Assembly: GCA_040954595.2 (NCBI GenBank)
Contig: CM082576.2
Location: 9,241,129-9,305,128 of the forward strand
Direction: 5' to 3'
DNA from: Balanoglossus misakiensis
Lineage: Eukaryota > Animalia > Hemichordata
Length of the DNA: 64,000 nt
Position 1 is the stretch's first letter. Each line of letters begins with the position of its first letter. Below are positions 1 to 12,531 of the stretch, piece after piece. The notes beneath the pieces are model-generated. The model was not told the origin of the DNA. It worked only from the letters and a program-made list of their open reading frames with translations, and did no database searches. The position numbers and the translations under genes were made by a program.

Positions 1-186
1 GTAGAAACCGATTTGAACTTAAACCTTTTGAACCCAACTTGGAACAAAACTCCCAATCATGTCATAGCTAGGTCAACACGCGGCTCATGGTGCAAAGCGT
101 TAGACAGACCAGCAGTGCATTTGTGAATGTTTTTGGTAGACCTTCAGAAAAAACAACAAAGCAAGTTACATAATTATATAGTGTAC

Positions 187-3100
187 CTTGCGAGAGCTTC
201 TTCTTCAGCATCTTAACTCCTTTGACTCTGCCAGCCGAGCTCTCACTGAGCGAGTCGTGCGTGGATGAAGTGCTGGCAGTTGCTTCGCTGTCTCTCAGCA
301 TGCTCTCGTAGCCGCTGCTGGTCCCCCCGGTGCACGGGGAGGCGATCTTGCTGCCCGTGAATCCGATGGTCTCACTGATAGTACTGCTGTTGTCGCTGCC
401 GTGCCCGCTGCTGCAGCGGCTGGTCATGCGCGGCTTGGTCACCGTGGAGTACGGCGAGAGGAAGCGGGACTTGTTCTTGGTGGGCGTGCTCTCCGCCCCG
501 GCGATGCCGCTGTCGTTGCCGCTGTCCGAGTCCGTGTGCCTCAGCGACTGGCTGGGTCGGCCGTTCAGTTCAACGATGCTCTTGTTGGTCTTCGCGTTGT
601 TCTGCTGGGCTTTGGTGCTTGAGCTTTTGGCAAGAGACGGCGCAGATTTGCTGACAGCCCTGCTGCTGCTGGACAGACTGCCACTAGGCTTACTTGAAGT
701 CTGGGGGATTTTGCTGCTCCCGACACCAAACTTCCCACCTGTCGAAGTCTTACTCGAAGCCTTGCTGCTCTGGTTTTGCATAGATTTCCCACTGGCCTGA
801 GAGGACTTGCTGGTCTGCGTCATTGCCTTGCTGGATGCTGCACTTCTCACCGAATGCATAGATGATTTACTTGAGGTAGTTGCAGAGTTCTTGGTCAGTT
901 TGGCTGACGGTAAAGGCAGTTTGGAGTTCTTCGAATTCAACTTTGAGCTTCCGGTATTGCTGGAGAGAAGGTTGACGGCAGTCGTGCTCGATGACCTCGT
1001 GGGCAATTTGGTGCTTCTGCTGCTGGCGCTCGATGCCGACCGCAGACTCGCGGTCTCCAAGTTGTGTCTTTTCGGTGGCGACTTCATCCGGATGACGTCC
1101 GCCAGGGATGCAACCTTGGTGTTCTCGTGTTTGGCGTGCTGCCTTGGTTTGACCATGGCTTTCGGCTTTGGTGGTACATTTGGCTTATCGGCCTTCGACG
1201 CGACGGCCGGCTTGCTCGTCTTGGACGTGAGGGAGGCTTTGGCACTCTGACTCACCCTTCTGACTTCCACCTCCTTCTCAAACCTGCGCGGCGGCACTTT
1301 GCGCGCCGTCACTTCCTGGTGGAGTTGCCGGATGTTGCCATTGATGTCCTCCCTGTTCGTACAACAACTACAAACAGAGTTCGCCGGCGACAGCGCCCTA
1401 GCCGGCGACAGTGGAGTTTTCATGACGCGGCAACAAGAGTCCGACGCGTACCCGTCGGGCTTGCCGTTCAAGTCCTTCCTCCTCAACACGTGGTTCGACC
1501 TCCAGTTGTACATCGCGGGCTTCGTCCGCTTGACGGCCTCGGGCGGGTCGCATGCGCCGTCCGGTCGCCGCGACAACCAGCTGGGAGGCTCCTCGGAATC
1601 CGACATCACCGGAGAATAGGTGACCGATCCGATGGTGGTCACTGGCAAAGGCGCCACAAATTCGTCCGGGAGTTGAGACTTCATCTCCGCGATGCTGCTT
1701 ATGTCCGGGTCGGATTTCCCCTCCACGTGCCACAGCCTGGTCTCTTTCCTCCAGGCCGGCTGCTGGCTCGACTGCTCTTCCACGGTGAACTGTATCGGCT
1801 CTAGTTTGGATGGAGACGGATCTCTCTTGGGGGACCCCATCAACAGATCCGGCATCGGGGCACTCACCTGGTGTTTGGGACTCTGCTTGGGACTGCTGCC
1901 CTCATCCCACGGCATCGACTGCGGGGTTATCTTGGGATGCACAGATATGGTGCTCTCCAGTGGCTTCCTCGACGGACTGGTTGGCGGACTGACGACTTTG
2001 AAGCTGCCGGGGATGCAGTTTTCCCGGACAAACACACCGGCCTTTTGTACATTCCCCCCTTTGTTGATGAGACTCCTCAGAGTTGGTATTCCACTACCGT
2101 TTGTACTATTGCACATATTGACATCGGTTGGAGATTGATCGTTTGGCAAGTGTTCTGGAAGATGAAGGTCGGCTTGGTCGTGGCTTTCCTGCGCCAGTTC
2201 CAAGTTTTCCGGTTCCTCTTCCCTGAAACTCTCTCTCCTCCTCCACACAGGGTCTGAGACTTTCCCCCTCTGCTTGTTCGGGGCGACAGTGTTTGCCTTT
2301 GTCACAGTCTTTTCGTATTTGGCAGTTTCAGGAGCAATTTCGCGAACAGGCTGCTGTTTGATCGCCGGTGTTGCCTGCAGGCCCTGGTATGGCTCAGTAT
2401 CCTTGACTTTGTCGTAGCTATAAAGACTAAGAAAACTCGTCGGTCGCGAATTCGGACCGAGCGTCGATACTGTCGTGAACGTGTTGTCGCTGTCGATGCT
2501 GAGCATGCTCAGTGGCCTGAGAGGGTGGTCCTCGTCGCTGCTGTCGCTCTTGTCTCCAAGTTCAAAGTCTTCCATCTGGCTGACCGTTTCCTGAATGCAC
2601 CTGTCCCACAGCTGTTTCTTGAACATGTCGACGGAGAGGTACATGTTGGAGGAGGGTTCGTCTGGGATAAGGCTTGGCTCGATGGACTCTATGTCATCGT
2701 CGTCGTACGAGATCTGAGAGATCGACGCCGACGCCGGCATGTTCGGGTGTTCAAAACTGTGGCCGATCATATCGGCCAGGTCGGAGTCTGAATTAAGGGG
2801 AAGTTCCGAGGACGAGAACCCGGGACCGTTGATGCCGGCCATCATTTGATCCAGGGTCTTTGTGAGGAGATCCACCATGGGCGTCTCGGAGGGACTCTGC
2901 AGTTGGTCCTCGGCGTCGTTGCCGGGTCCGATCACTTCCATGGAGTTCCCCATGTTCAGAGAGAGGTTCATGATATCCGACATTGCAAGTTCCTGAATGG
3001 TCTCCGCCTGCCTCATCATGCAGAGCTCGATCTCCTCGTCGTTGATGTCGTAGTCGTCCATGCGCTTGTCGGAAATGTCCGGCGCGTTGACTTCCAGCGA

Positions 3101-4627
3101 GAGGGTCGAATCCCCTTGGAAGGGTTTGACCGCCCGCTGGTTGTCCAGAATATCAAAGTCCGACCGGCAGCTTTCCTCTGGTCGGTCGCTGACACTGTGG
3201 CGGAAGGCGTTCGATTGTTCCCTTTCAACCTCCTGTTGTTCCTGGGCCTCCGTTCTTGAAATTGGCACAAAGTAACAGTCGCTGACCTTCTCGTTTCCCC
3301 TGACGATGTTTTCCTCGTTGGTGGTGCTCATTCCGACAGGTTCAGCCCTTTCTTCCAGGCTCTCCTCTGGTTCTTGTTCCTGCCTTTCATCTTCTGATGC
3401 TTCACTCAAGATGCCGTCCTCCTCTCCCGCACTTACCCTCGTCCATGCCGACTGTTTCTGCTCAGTGTTGTCTGATGACTTTGGCACACTCTCCATTGTC
3501 TCTTTTCTACCCTGTTCCGCAGTGGTCTCAACCTTCTCACCCTGAGGATCAGTCCTTTCCACTTTGCTCACAGTTGAACTGCTCAGCTGTGAAACAGTCC
3601 TTTTAGGGGGGATCGGTTTAGGTCTGACCGGAGGCGGAGGGGTCTGTTTCTTTTTCGTCATTTTCTTTGGAGTTGGAATATGACTAAGTTTCTCGGTTGA
3701 TTTTGTTTTCGCGGCTGTTTTTCCGGGAGACTGCGATCTCTCTGGTGAGGTAGAAGTACTGTCCCTTGGCTTGGGTTTTTGCAAATGAGCAGTGACGGGA
3801 GTTGGTATGCCTGATGACCTTTTCTCTGAGATTTTATTTCTTGGAACGCTCACTTTGCCCTCACTTTGCTGTTGTTGTGTGGAGTCGACACTCTGAGAAG
3901 TCCTGGAGCCGACAGTGTCAGCTGGTCTGGCCGTCTCCGGGCCGAATTCACACAGGACGTTAGCGTCATCCACCTTTCTCGCCGTCTCGGGTCCAAATTC
4001 ACAGAGAACAGTTCTTTCGGCAGACTTGACCGGTTCAGCCTGCCTCGGCCCAAATTCGTGTTTGGGGACCGAAGTGGCAGTCTCGGGACCAAACTCACAC
4101 AACACCTTCCTCTCGCCGTTGGCGTCCACTTTCCTGGCGGTCTCCGGGCCGAACGCGCAGATAAATCCCGCGGAAGGTCCCACGTTCTTCCGCCTGACTT
4201 CGGGGCTGTTGTCCGCACTCCTGCTCAACGAACCCTTCTTTCCGGACTCCCCGTCCGACCCCCTGGACCCGGAGTTCCTCCTCCTGACTTCCGGAGAAAA
4301 AGTCCTTCCCGGCCGATTGAAAGACGGCGGTTTGGACACTTGGGCCGACCTGGGGATGATTGGCACCACCGCGGGCGGTCCCTCATTATCGGTCAAATCC
4401 CTGTCGCTCAACGCGGCGCCATCGGAACCGACGTATATCACTGTATCACAAGACTGCTCGCTGCTGGATATGTACTCCGGTTCGCTGAAGTTCAGCGCGT
4501 TTGTTACCGGTGCATCTTCCGGTACTGACGATGGAGGATTTCTTGAGTGTAGAACTCTCATGTGAGGCCGGCGTACGCGACCTTCATCGCACGAACTCTC
4601 ACCTCCAGATGAACTCGTGCTTGAATA
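187..4627 (-). CDS. KIF26: KIF26 (kinesin-11) giant post-motor exon, 4441 bp, Ser/Pro-rich disordered tail
   Basis: Acceptor AG at 4629-4628 and donor GT at 186-185 (CAAG|GTACAC). Begins [21 protein letters not shown] and contains [34 protein letters not shown] and [14 protein letters not shown], which I recognise from vertebrate KIF26A/B. Phase 0 to 1; the gene continues beyond the left edge. Confidence 0.93.
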
Positions 4628-4794
4628 CTGCAACGCACAACATTTAAAACAAGATTAACATTAAAAAATTACCTTCACAACAAATGAGAACTCTAGCTGA
4701 ACTACACAAACATCTGACTGTAACAATATCTTTACCATCACTGCAATATACTCTAAAGAACTGTCGAAGCTGATGGATTTGAGGGTCAACTCAC

Positions 4795-4957
4795 CCTGGA
4801 CTTCTTTTTCCTCATCCTGTGTATTCTCGACGCCATCTGGACAGTGGCCAGTGTCTCTGAATGAAACGGCATTCCACCGGATACGTGCGCAATCATTGTC
4901 GTCCGACATGACAGATTACCCAGCGATTCTCTGAGTAGCTGAGTCAGTTTACTGTCT
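4795..4957 (-). CDS. KIF26: KIF26 exon, end of motor domain ([26 protein letters not shown]...[21 protein letters not shown])
   Basis: AG at 4959-4958, GT at 4794-4793. 163 bp, phase 2 to 0. Kinesin SKLTxLLxxSLG motif. Confidence 0.95.
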
Positions 4958-5367
4958 CTGTGGATGCAGTAAATCAAGAACAAATGAAAATTAAACGCCG
5001 CTATAAATCTTAGATTTTTTATTATGTCTCACTGGGTATTTCAGCAGTGATTTGTTTTCTGTATTGCATATCATCTTTTGTAGATGAATCTCTATTAAAT
5101 TGTGTGGCAGTGTGATGTTATGCAGAAAAGAACAAAGAACCAGATGACAACACCATGCATCAACTGTATAACGATTTGATGTACACACAGACTAAGGATT
5201 CAAGATATGCCCATGTAGTAATTTCTTTCTTATCGATTCATATGTGGTTGTTATAATTCCTCAAGCAATGCAAAAAGTGCACATAATAAGTGTTTATTTG
5301 TCATCATTCAGACTGGTAACACGAAGTCCTTTATAGTACTATATAACTCCACCACCCTCTCACATAC

Positions 5368-5611
5368 TTGTAAGGGACGTGCTTGGCTCCATTCACCAGG
5401 GCCAATATCACGTTTCCCAGGGCGGACAAGGAGAGGCCCGATCCGCTGCCGTTGGTCTTTCCCAGCTTCTCACAGCTGCCGAGATCAATGAGGTGGAGCC
5501 TGCTTCTACCTCCAGCGACACCACCCTTCCCTGATTTATCCACCCGGTACTGATAAATATGTAATGTAAACAGCATGTGGGAATTCTTGGCATCCTCGTC
5601 CAAATCCCCAT
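5368..5611 (-). CDS. KIF26: KIF26 motor exon (switch I NSH, switch [14 protein letters not shown])
   Basis: AG at 5613-5612, GT at 5367-5366. 244 bp, phase 1 to 2. Encodes [15 protein letters not shown]...[15 protein letters not shown]...[22 protein letters not shown]. Confidence 0.95.
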
Positions 5612-6304
5612 CTGTGGTAATAAAAGAAAAAATTAGGCCACATTAATATCAATAATTCATCGAGGATATACTGTTAAATCAAACTTTAATGGACGCATGT
5701 TGACTAGCTCTTTATTCCCCAAATTTATTGCATGAGTGAAAAATTGAAGGTGTCATGAAAAGCTTAAATATGTATTTGAACCGGTGAGTCATAAAACAAT
5801 GTCATTTGGAAGCACACAGAAAATATCGATATATGTGAATTTATGAGTGGTTCCTACTTTCAAGCTGTGTACAGGTAATGTCCACAAACAGGAGTTTAAA
5901 CAACTATATAAATTTGCCTGTCACTGTCAGTGCGTTACTGATGGCTAAACTTAGTACAAATAAACCTGAACAGAACCTTCCCTTTAACCATTCTAAAGCA
6001 AGGATCTAATGTATGACCAAAGCACCAACTGCTGTCTGAAATGTCGGGAAACATCAATGGCGCCATCGCTGGCGAGATGGGACGATTTCCCTCGTTCTGG
6101 ACTAGCACCTCGACTTTTTTCCCCTAAGCTCAATCCGAGCCACATCACCGAGAATGGAATATGCACTCATGGGTAAAGCAATTTAGTGGCTGTATATTGG
6201 CGAACATGTTAAGCCCATTTACGCTTTAAGTCTTGCCACCATTTATCACCATCAACGCTGAGCGAACCACAGGACGTACAATGTATATACCCGGGGGTTC
6301 TCAC

Positions 6305-6466
6305 CTGACATCCTCTGGGACCTGGCAGCTAAGGCAGCATCGAGGTAAAAGGCAGCTTTCTCTGGAGTTGGCGCCCGCAGCTCACTTTGGTTGTGCAGCT
6401 GCACTCCGCAGATTGGATCTTCTCTGAGGTAGATACCCGGGGAGGTGCCTACACCATTGGCACTCC
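6305..6466 (-). CDS. KIF26: KIF26 motor exon ([41 protein letters not shown])
   Basis: AG at 6468-6467, GT at 6304-6303. 162 bp, phase 1 to 1. Confidence 0.94.
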
Positions 6467-7535
6467 CTGCACGCGAACAAAACAAAAATAAAATACCACA
6501 ATTAATTCTCTCTGACAGGGTAGCCGATACAAAAAAAAGTCATTAAGCCTCTTGGAACTATTTCACTCAATAGATCCTTTTCCCTGGGGAATTGATGAGG
6601 AATTTCATGGCAATATAAATAAATGATATTTAAAAATCATTCTCCTTTTTTTGAAAAAAGAGGTGGTTATTAAAAAGTGCTGCGTATTGATGAGAATTTT
6701 CATGGTCAACATCTCATTGCTAACAGGTTGATGTCAATCAGTCAGTAACAAAAAACGAAAAAAAAAAAAATACCGACGAGACTAACACTGCACGCATTTC
6801 CTAGACTCATCACTGAAAGCTCGAAAATTGCTAAATAATGCAGAGCAGAAAGGCTTTCAAGCCCCTCACTCCTTTTGTTCCACAGACAGCTCGAGCGCAG
6901 AGCGATCCAAAACTGAAAGCTATTCAAAGTGATACCCTAAATGACTGCCAAGTCGGAAGACGACACAAACCTTTTCAGAATTGGTCGCAGCGCTGCAGCG
7001 GAAGGGTAAAATACAGCGCGCCGTTTACAGAACTAATGTGTTTTTTTTTCATTTGGTTGAATCTTCATTGAAAACCTTTTATCCAATACAAGTCAAAGCA
7101 AATGAGTTGATTGGGGCTGCTGCTTCAATATGTATGACTCCCTCCCTCCCTCCCTCACTTCATTCCTGAGCCCAACCGCCGTGCGTCAGCCCGGTAGGCC
7201 ATTATCAAAGCATCACTGCCTTAGAACAATCACGGTGACTTGGAAAACTTTTGTAGAGGTCTCTAATACTGCTTTGACTTCTTGAAAGCGGTCTCGGTTG
7301 GTGTCTGGGGAATTTTAATTACCTGTTAAACTGTAAGTGATACACGGTGTACAAACAGGACTTTCTTTCCTTCCAAATTAACCTGATGCCAGGGTTTTTC
7401 AAAGGTAACAGAACACCATCAAACTGATAATAAGCCATTTTTTTTGCATGGCTTCCTTGTTAGAAAATACAGTGATCCTGCGAGAAGGGGCAACGTTTTA
7501 CTCTTTCTTTTAAAAACTCACTGTTTCATACTCAC

Positions 7536-7733
7536 CCATGGCTTGTTCAGCCAGTAAGTCTTTGAGGGTCTCCGACTTGCCCAGGACCTCCACGGCCGAG
7601 ACTCGGACAGAGAACCTGGCCCCGGACCTCTCTTTCCTGTCGTTGATCACTTTGAAGAGCCAGGAGATGGCACAGGGTATAATTCCCAGATTCTGGGGCG
7701 AGTCGTCCTGCCCGATCATGGTGTATGTTTTGC
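7536..7733 (-). CDS. KIF26: KIF26 motor exon (GKTYTMIG...[11 protein letters not shown]...[10 protein letters not shown])
   Basis: AG at 7735-7734, GT at 7535-7534. 198 bp, phase 1 to 1. Completes the P-loop. Confidence 0.95.
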
Positions 7734-9166
7734 CTGTGAAAACAGTCACCAGATGGTTTGTCAAGTTTACTGTACGCAGCATCAGCTTGTTCGAACAAAC
7801 ACGCATTACTTTAGATTTGCACGTTTCAAAAATATTTCCGCACGAAACAAATGCTATGATATACTGTAGCAGATATGCGGAAATGTTTGTCTATTAACAC
7901 ATGTTGGAAAATGAAAATGATACTGTAGGTATATACACGGGCAGTTATCAAAATTATGTTCTCACTGTTTTATACACTGAGCTGAAATAAAAACACATAA
8001 AAAATAAAATGGTACAAATAACATTAAACAGGTGCAACCACATATAAGATGAATCAAAATACATTGAAAGGAAATGATTCAATTTAGTGTCAAGATATAA
8101 GATGAAATATGACAAATCAGCCAAGCATTTGCAAAAGTACATGCACTTAGGTGACCCCACTCTTACATGTTACATTTTGAAATGCAGTTAGGTTCCAGGG
8201 AAAGACGTAAACTAAAACATTTCCGAGAGCAGTTTCGTCTTCAATTTAGGAGTCACCGCGTCCCCTCTAGGCATGGTCTCGGCAAGCAAAGTTCTTAACA
8301 ACGGCAAACAATATTTACGACGGCAGTAAAAATAGTCTACACAATCATTTTTCAATTATTTCATGCTTTCCTCGGAGTAAGTGTTCCCTTAAGTCTTAAA
8401 ATGTTTAAATATATCGATGAGAATATTCGAGTTGGCGACTGGGTGGGTAAGTACAGAATAAAAAGAAATGGAGAATTTTGCGGCAGGGATTTTTTAAGGA
8501 AAGTGGGGGAACTGTCAGTCTGGTTGCGACTTGACTTCAACGGCCATGATATGCCTGGAAGGATCAATCACACATCTGAAGTGGCTGTATGTGTAATCAC
8601 ACAAAGTTCACCTGACAGGCTTTCAGAAGGACCCACTGGCTTGCAGTGTGATTTTTTGTCTCTCTCTGTGTGTGCATGTGTTTGTGTGTGCTTGGGTGCG
8701 TTAATGGAAAACTGACACACACGTTCGTTCGTTCTCTTCCAGCAGAATGCACATTATTCATATTGCCGACTGCATAGCCCGACGAGGTAATGTGCCGTCG
8801 GCTGTCATCTCGTGTTGAGCTGCATGGCAATTGAAGGGGGTGGATGTCTTTAGACTTTAAGTACTATTTACGGCTAACTATGACAGTCTCCATCAACAGC
8901 GGCCCATCCATCGCATTCAGAACGCGCAGAACACCGTGTCCAGATTGCCCGCGATAATTTGTCACCGCCATCGCTCATACGCGACGTATAGTTTTTCAAT
9001 ATCGAATCATATTTTTTGAAAAGGGGAGTCTCATTTTTTATTATCATTCACTCCGACATCAATATGGAAAGTCATTGTGTTTGGTCTTACACTTGACTTG
9101 ATTCATGCCTCCGCAGGTCTCCACGGCAGTTCTATTAAAAAATGGGCGTCGCCAATTACTCCTTAC

Positions 9167-9260
9167 CTAGACGTGCATGTCCATAACAGAAGAGACAACC
9201 GTCAGCTCCATTCACCACTGATTGCACTATATCAGCCATACTTCCTGCGCAAATTTCGGT
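9167..9260 (-). CDS. KIF26: KIF26 motor exon missing from the ORF track ([32 protein letters not shown])
   Basis: Translated by hand. AG at 9262-9261, GT at 9166-9165 (CTAG|GTAAGG). 94 bp, phase 0 to 1, bridges the flanking exons in frame and supplies the first half of the P-loop GHARLGKT. Confidence 0.93.
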
Positions 9261-9617
9261 CTAATAGAGACAGAAGAATAAAAGGGAGAAAAAACTTCAG
9301 GGATTCGGAAAAGTTTGACTAAGATTGATTTTGGAAATTTGAGTTCAAAAAATTAATTAACAATACGTGTTGACTGTTAGTGTAGCTAAATTATGGTCAA
9401 ATACTTTGTTTGAGGAGAAGTCAGAGCTTTTTCGACAGAGTAACTGTTCAATGCAATCTAACACCGCGTCTAGACTACTGCTATTTTCCTTCTTCGTCAG
9501 GGGAAATTGGTCTTCGACTCGGAAAAATCGAAGGCACGCTCATTTGGGACCGGTGCTGACATTTTAATGTATTTGTAAATGTACATTTGGCGTCTGGAAT
9601 AAACACTCCATCGTTAC

Positions 9618-9824
9618 CTGTGATGCATCTTGTGAGAATATGGCATCGAACGCAAACATTTTCGGAGCCACAATTCCTGCTCGCCTGCTCGCCGGTGTCA
9701 CATAGCCATTATTTAGAAACGTCGGGTCATAAATCGTCACTTGCTTCTTCTTCGCGTCGATGGAGAGGAACGAGCCTCCCTCGTACTGATGCGGGCTCGG
9801 GCACACCCGTAACATCACTTTCAC
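9618..9824 (-). CDS. KIF26: KIF26 first motor-domain exon (VKVMLRVC...KKKQVTIYDP...PKMFAFDAIFSQDASQ)
   Basis: AG at 9826-9825, GT at 9617-9616. 207 bp, phase 0 to 0. Confidence 0.95.
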
Positions 9825-12454
9825 CTGAAAGACAGCATTAAGATAAGGAAAAACATGAGGTTTGCGTTAGCAGTAAATACACACCTTAATTTCTATTGTG
9901 TGTACATTTTACATTTACTCCGCGATAAACGTCGATGGAAATCTTCCTTTCAATGAAATATCCTTGGACGGTTTATTAAGATTGACAAGCGGGAGAGTTT
10001 TTATCAAAACAGCTGAATGTTTATCAGACCGCTGCTCGATAACGGCGAGGGGCTGGCGAAAAGTATGAGATAAGTCAGTGGGATCTTTTTAGTTAAATTG
10101 TGTGTCATTGAAAGTGACAGCTTATTGGAGTACGGACGCGGCAGTTATGAAAATTGCCCTCAATGATGGGGGGTATTACCGATAACGCCACAGATAACCC
10201 TAATAAAAGAGGCAAAATTATTGCATATCCAAAAAGAACTCTGGTCCAATCTTTATGAAAGTACTGCTTTGATTATGATGAAAGAAAAGAAAAAAGGGAA
10301 ATATTATCGCGCATGAAAGAGACAACAGTATAACGCCTGATAACAGTCGAGGAAACAAAACCCATTCACTGAGTCGAACAATGCCCACTATAGGTTTTTT
10401 CTCTCAATATCTCCGCCGTTTCCAAAAAAAAATTATACTGACTGCGCAGTTAATTTAACTTAAATCCAAATTTAATTGAAATCTCCCCCAATCACTAGAA
10501 TCATTGCATGAATTTTTCCTCTATTATGAAGGCTTCCTTTGTTCTTTGTTCCTGTCGACCATTGTAGGTTTTTTGTCTCCAGCCGAGACCAAGCAGGTGT
10601 GTGCTCACTCATTTTTCCTCTGTCTTTTGTGAACCACGAAATGACTAACACAAGAATGCGTAAACACTTTTGATGGTGGACTGAATCAAAACTGCATTGA
10701 TACACAAACGGGAAAATTGCGTTAAAATTGTTCAATATGTCAACATTTGCTTTGCCAAAATTATTTAAGGACATGGCAGCTGTAGAAGTAACTATTATGG
10801 GGGCGTTGTGTATTCACGGTCAGAAAACAGAATTTCTATCTGCGTCTCTCAGCTATTCCCAAGCTGCATGTTAAACACGACACAAATGGAATGATCCTAA
10901 AGCTAATTTATTAGAAATATAAAATTACTTTTGATAGGAACTAAAAGCAGTTTATACGTCGATGCCACTTTTTATTGCCATTAATATTGCTGTGTTATCA
11001 AAACCATAATTTCAGCAATTATTCTCCTCAGGAAATTGGGAGTAAAATAAAAAGAAAGAAATGTATTTGGTGCTGGCAGTTGTAAAATTGCCAGCCACTA
11101 ACTACTTCAATATCATTAGATGCAAATTACTTCCATTTCAATCTATTTATTTGAGTAAGATATTAGATAAGGAACAGCATGAGCTTTGCAAAACCTGTGT
11201 CAAAATACGGTATCTGTAAGTGTTATTCATTATATGCATATGTGAAACTTAAAGTATAGTGAAAGCTCATGTTATATGTTTATATATTTCTGTTTTTTTT
11301 CACAAGAAATTGCTGTGAGCCAATGCTTCAACCTGCATTTCATTTCACTCTGGTTAGATGCATTGTTACAGTATCACACATCAATATCCAATATAATACA
11401 GCATGTATGTCTTCATACTATGAGGACGGCAGAGGGAGGGGAGTTCTGGGTACACATGCATAAAACATTTCACATCGAGGCCAATGATTATTACATGCTC
11501 ATAAAATTAAGTAATCACACTGTGATAGCTATCATGAAACCTTCCTGTCGTGACTACACAAGTGACAAAAAAGAGAGAGAAATACTCTCCAACCGCTGGC
11601 AGGTTCACCTGAAATCTCAATTTAAAAAGTGCTCTGCTGCGTATGGCATCTTTAATTAAAACTATATCAGAGGTGGCCTTGGCGGGATATACCAGAGCAA
11701 AATTGGAAACGTGTAATCTGGTTTACAGCATCATCAGAAATTAAAAGCAGGATCTGTGATGTGCAAAGCGTTGGAGATAACCATACAAGTGGATGGCATT
11801 TCTCTATTAGACACGACGGTGATGCGGAGAAATAAATTTCAATCTCTGACTTCTGCATATTTTGCAGAGATGTTTGAAATGCTTGTTCAAATATTTGAGC
11901 CATGTCTAGTAATGATGCAGTGCCAGGGATGCTGTTGGTGCAAATGACTGAACTGGTGGTGTATTCATATTCAGGAGAGAAATGTGGGATATCTTCCAGC
12001 TACGGCACAGGTTAACCCGGCGCAACAATTAAAACAAAAACACAAACTAACTCTGCATGCAAGGCACAGTTTTAGACTGAGCCACATTTACAAGCCACAA
12101 TCAAATTCAATCTCTTACACAGATACTAGAAAACATGGCCATTTTATTAATTTGGTAAAATTGAAGAGATAGAATTAGGACATGATCCACATACAGCAAA
12201 AGCTGACACTCATCATCAAAAGAGGTAATACTAGGGTGTCGTGTTGAGGGATGGTATGCGTTTTCAAAAGATAAATCACATCAAAATGATGGATGAAACA
12301 TGTGTAACGTATCCTCAATTACAGCACCCTGATACCTGGAACTAACAGCTACAATTATCATGACAGGAATTTGTAATTTTCACAAAGCCAGTTAATAATG
12401 AAAAGCGAGACTGATGTAGTGTGAACAAATGATGCTGAGACACTGTAGTGACAG

Positions 12455-12496
<42 letters not shown>

Positions 12497-12531
12497 CGAC
12501 GACGACGACGACAACGATGACAATGATGATG
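12455..12531. repeat. Compound (GAT)n/(GAC)n microsatellite
   Basis: Seen directly in the sequence. Confidence 0.9.

Noticed and set aside
330-4565. Many plus-strand ORFs of 70-246 aa overlapping the giant exon (also 61453-62053 and 50107-50421)
   Set aside because: Antisense shadows of GC-rich coding exons with no recognisable domains.
68-4633. 1521-aa ORF as a complete single-exon gene
   Set aside because: It starts at a non-ATG codon inside the intron and runs past the donor at 186 into intron. It is the internal exon 187-4627 of KIF26.
8140-8392. Possible further TTAA-ended MITE (ends GTGTTCCC-TTAA)
   Set aside because: No matching left terminus could be found.
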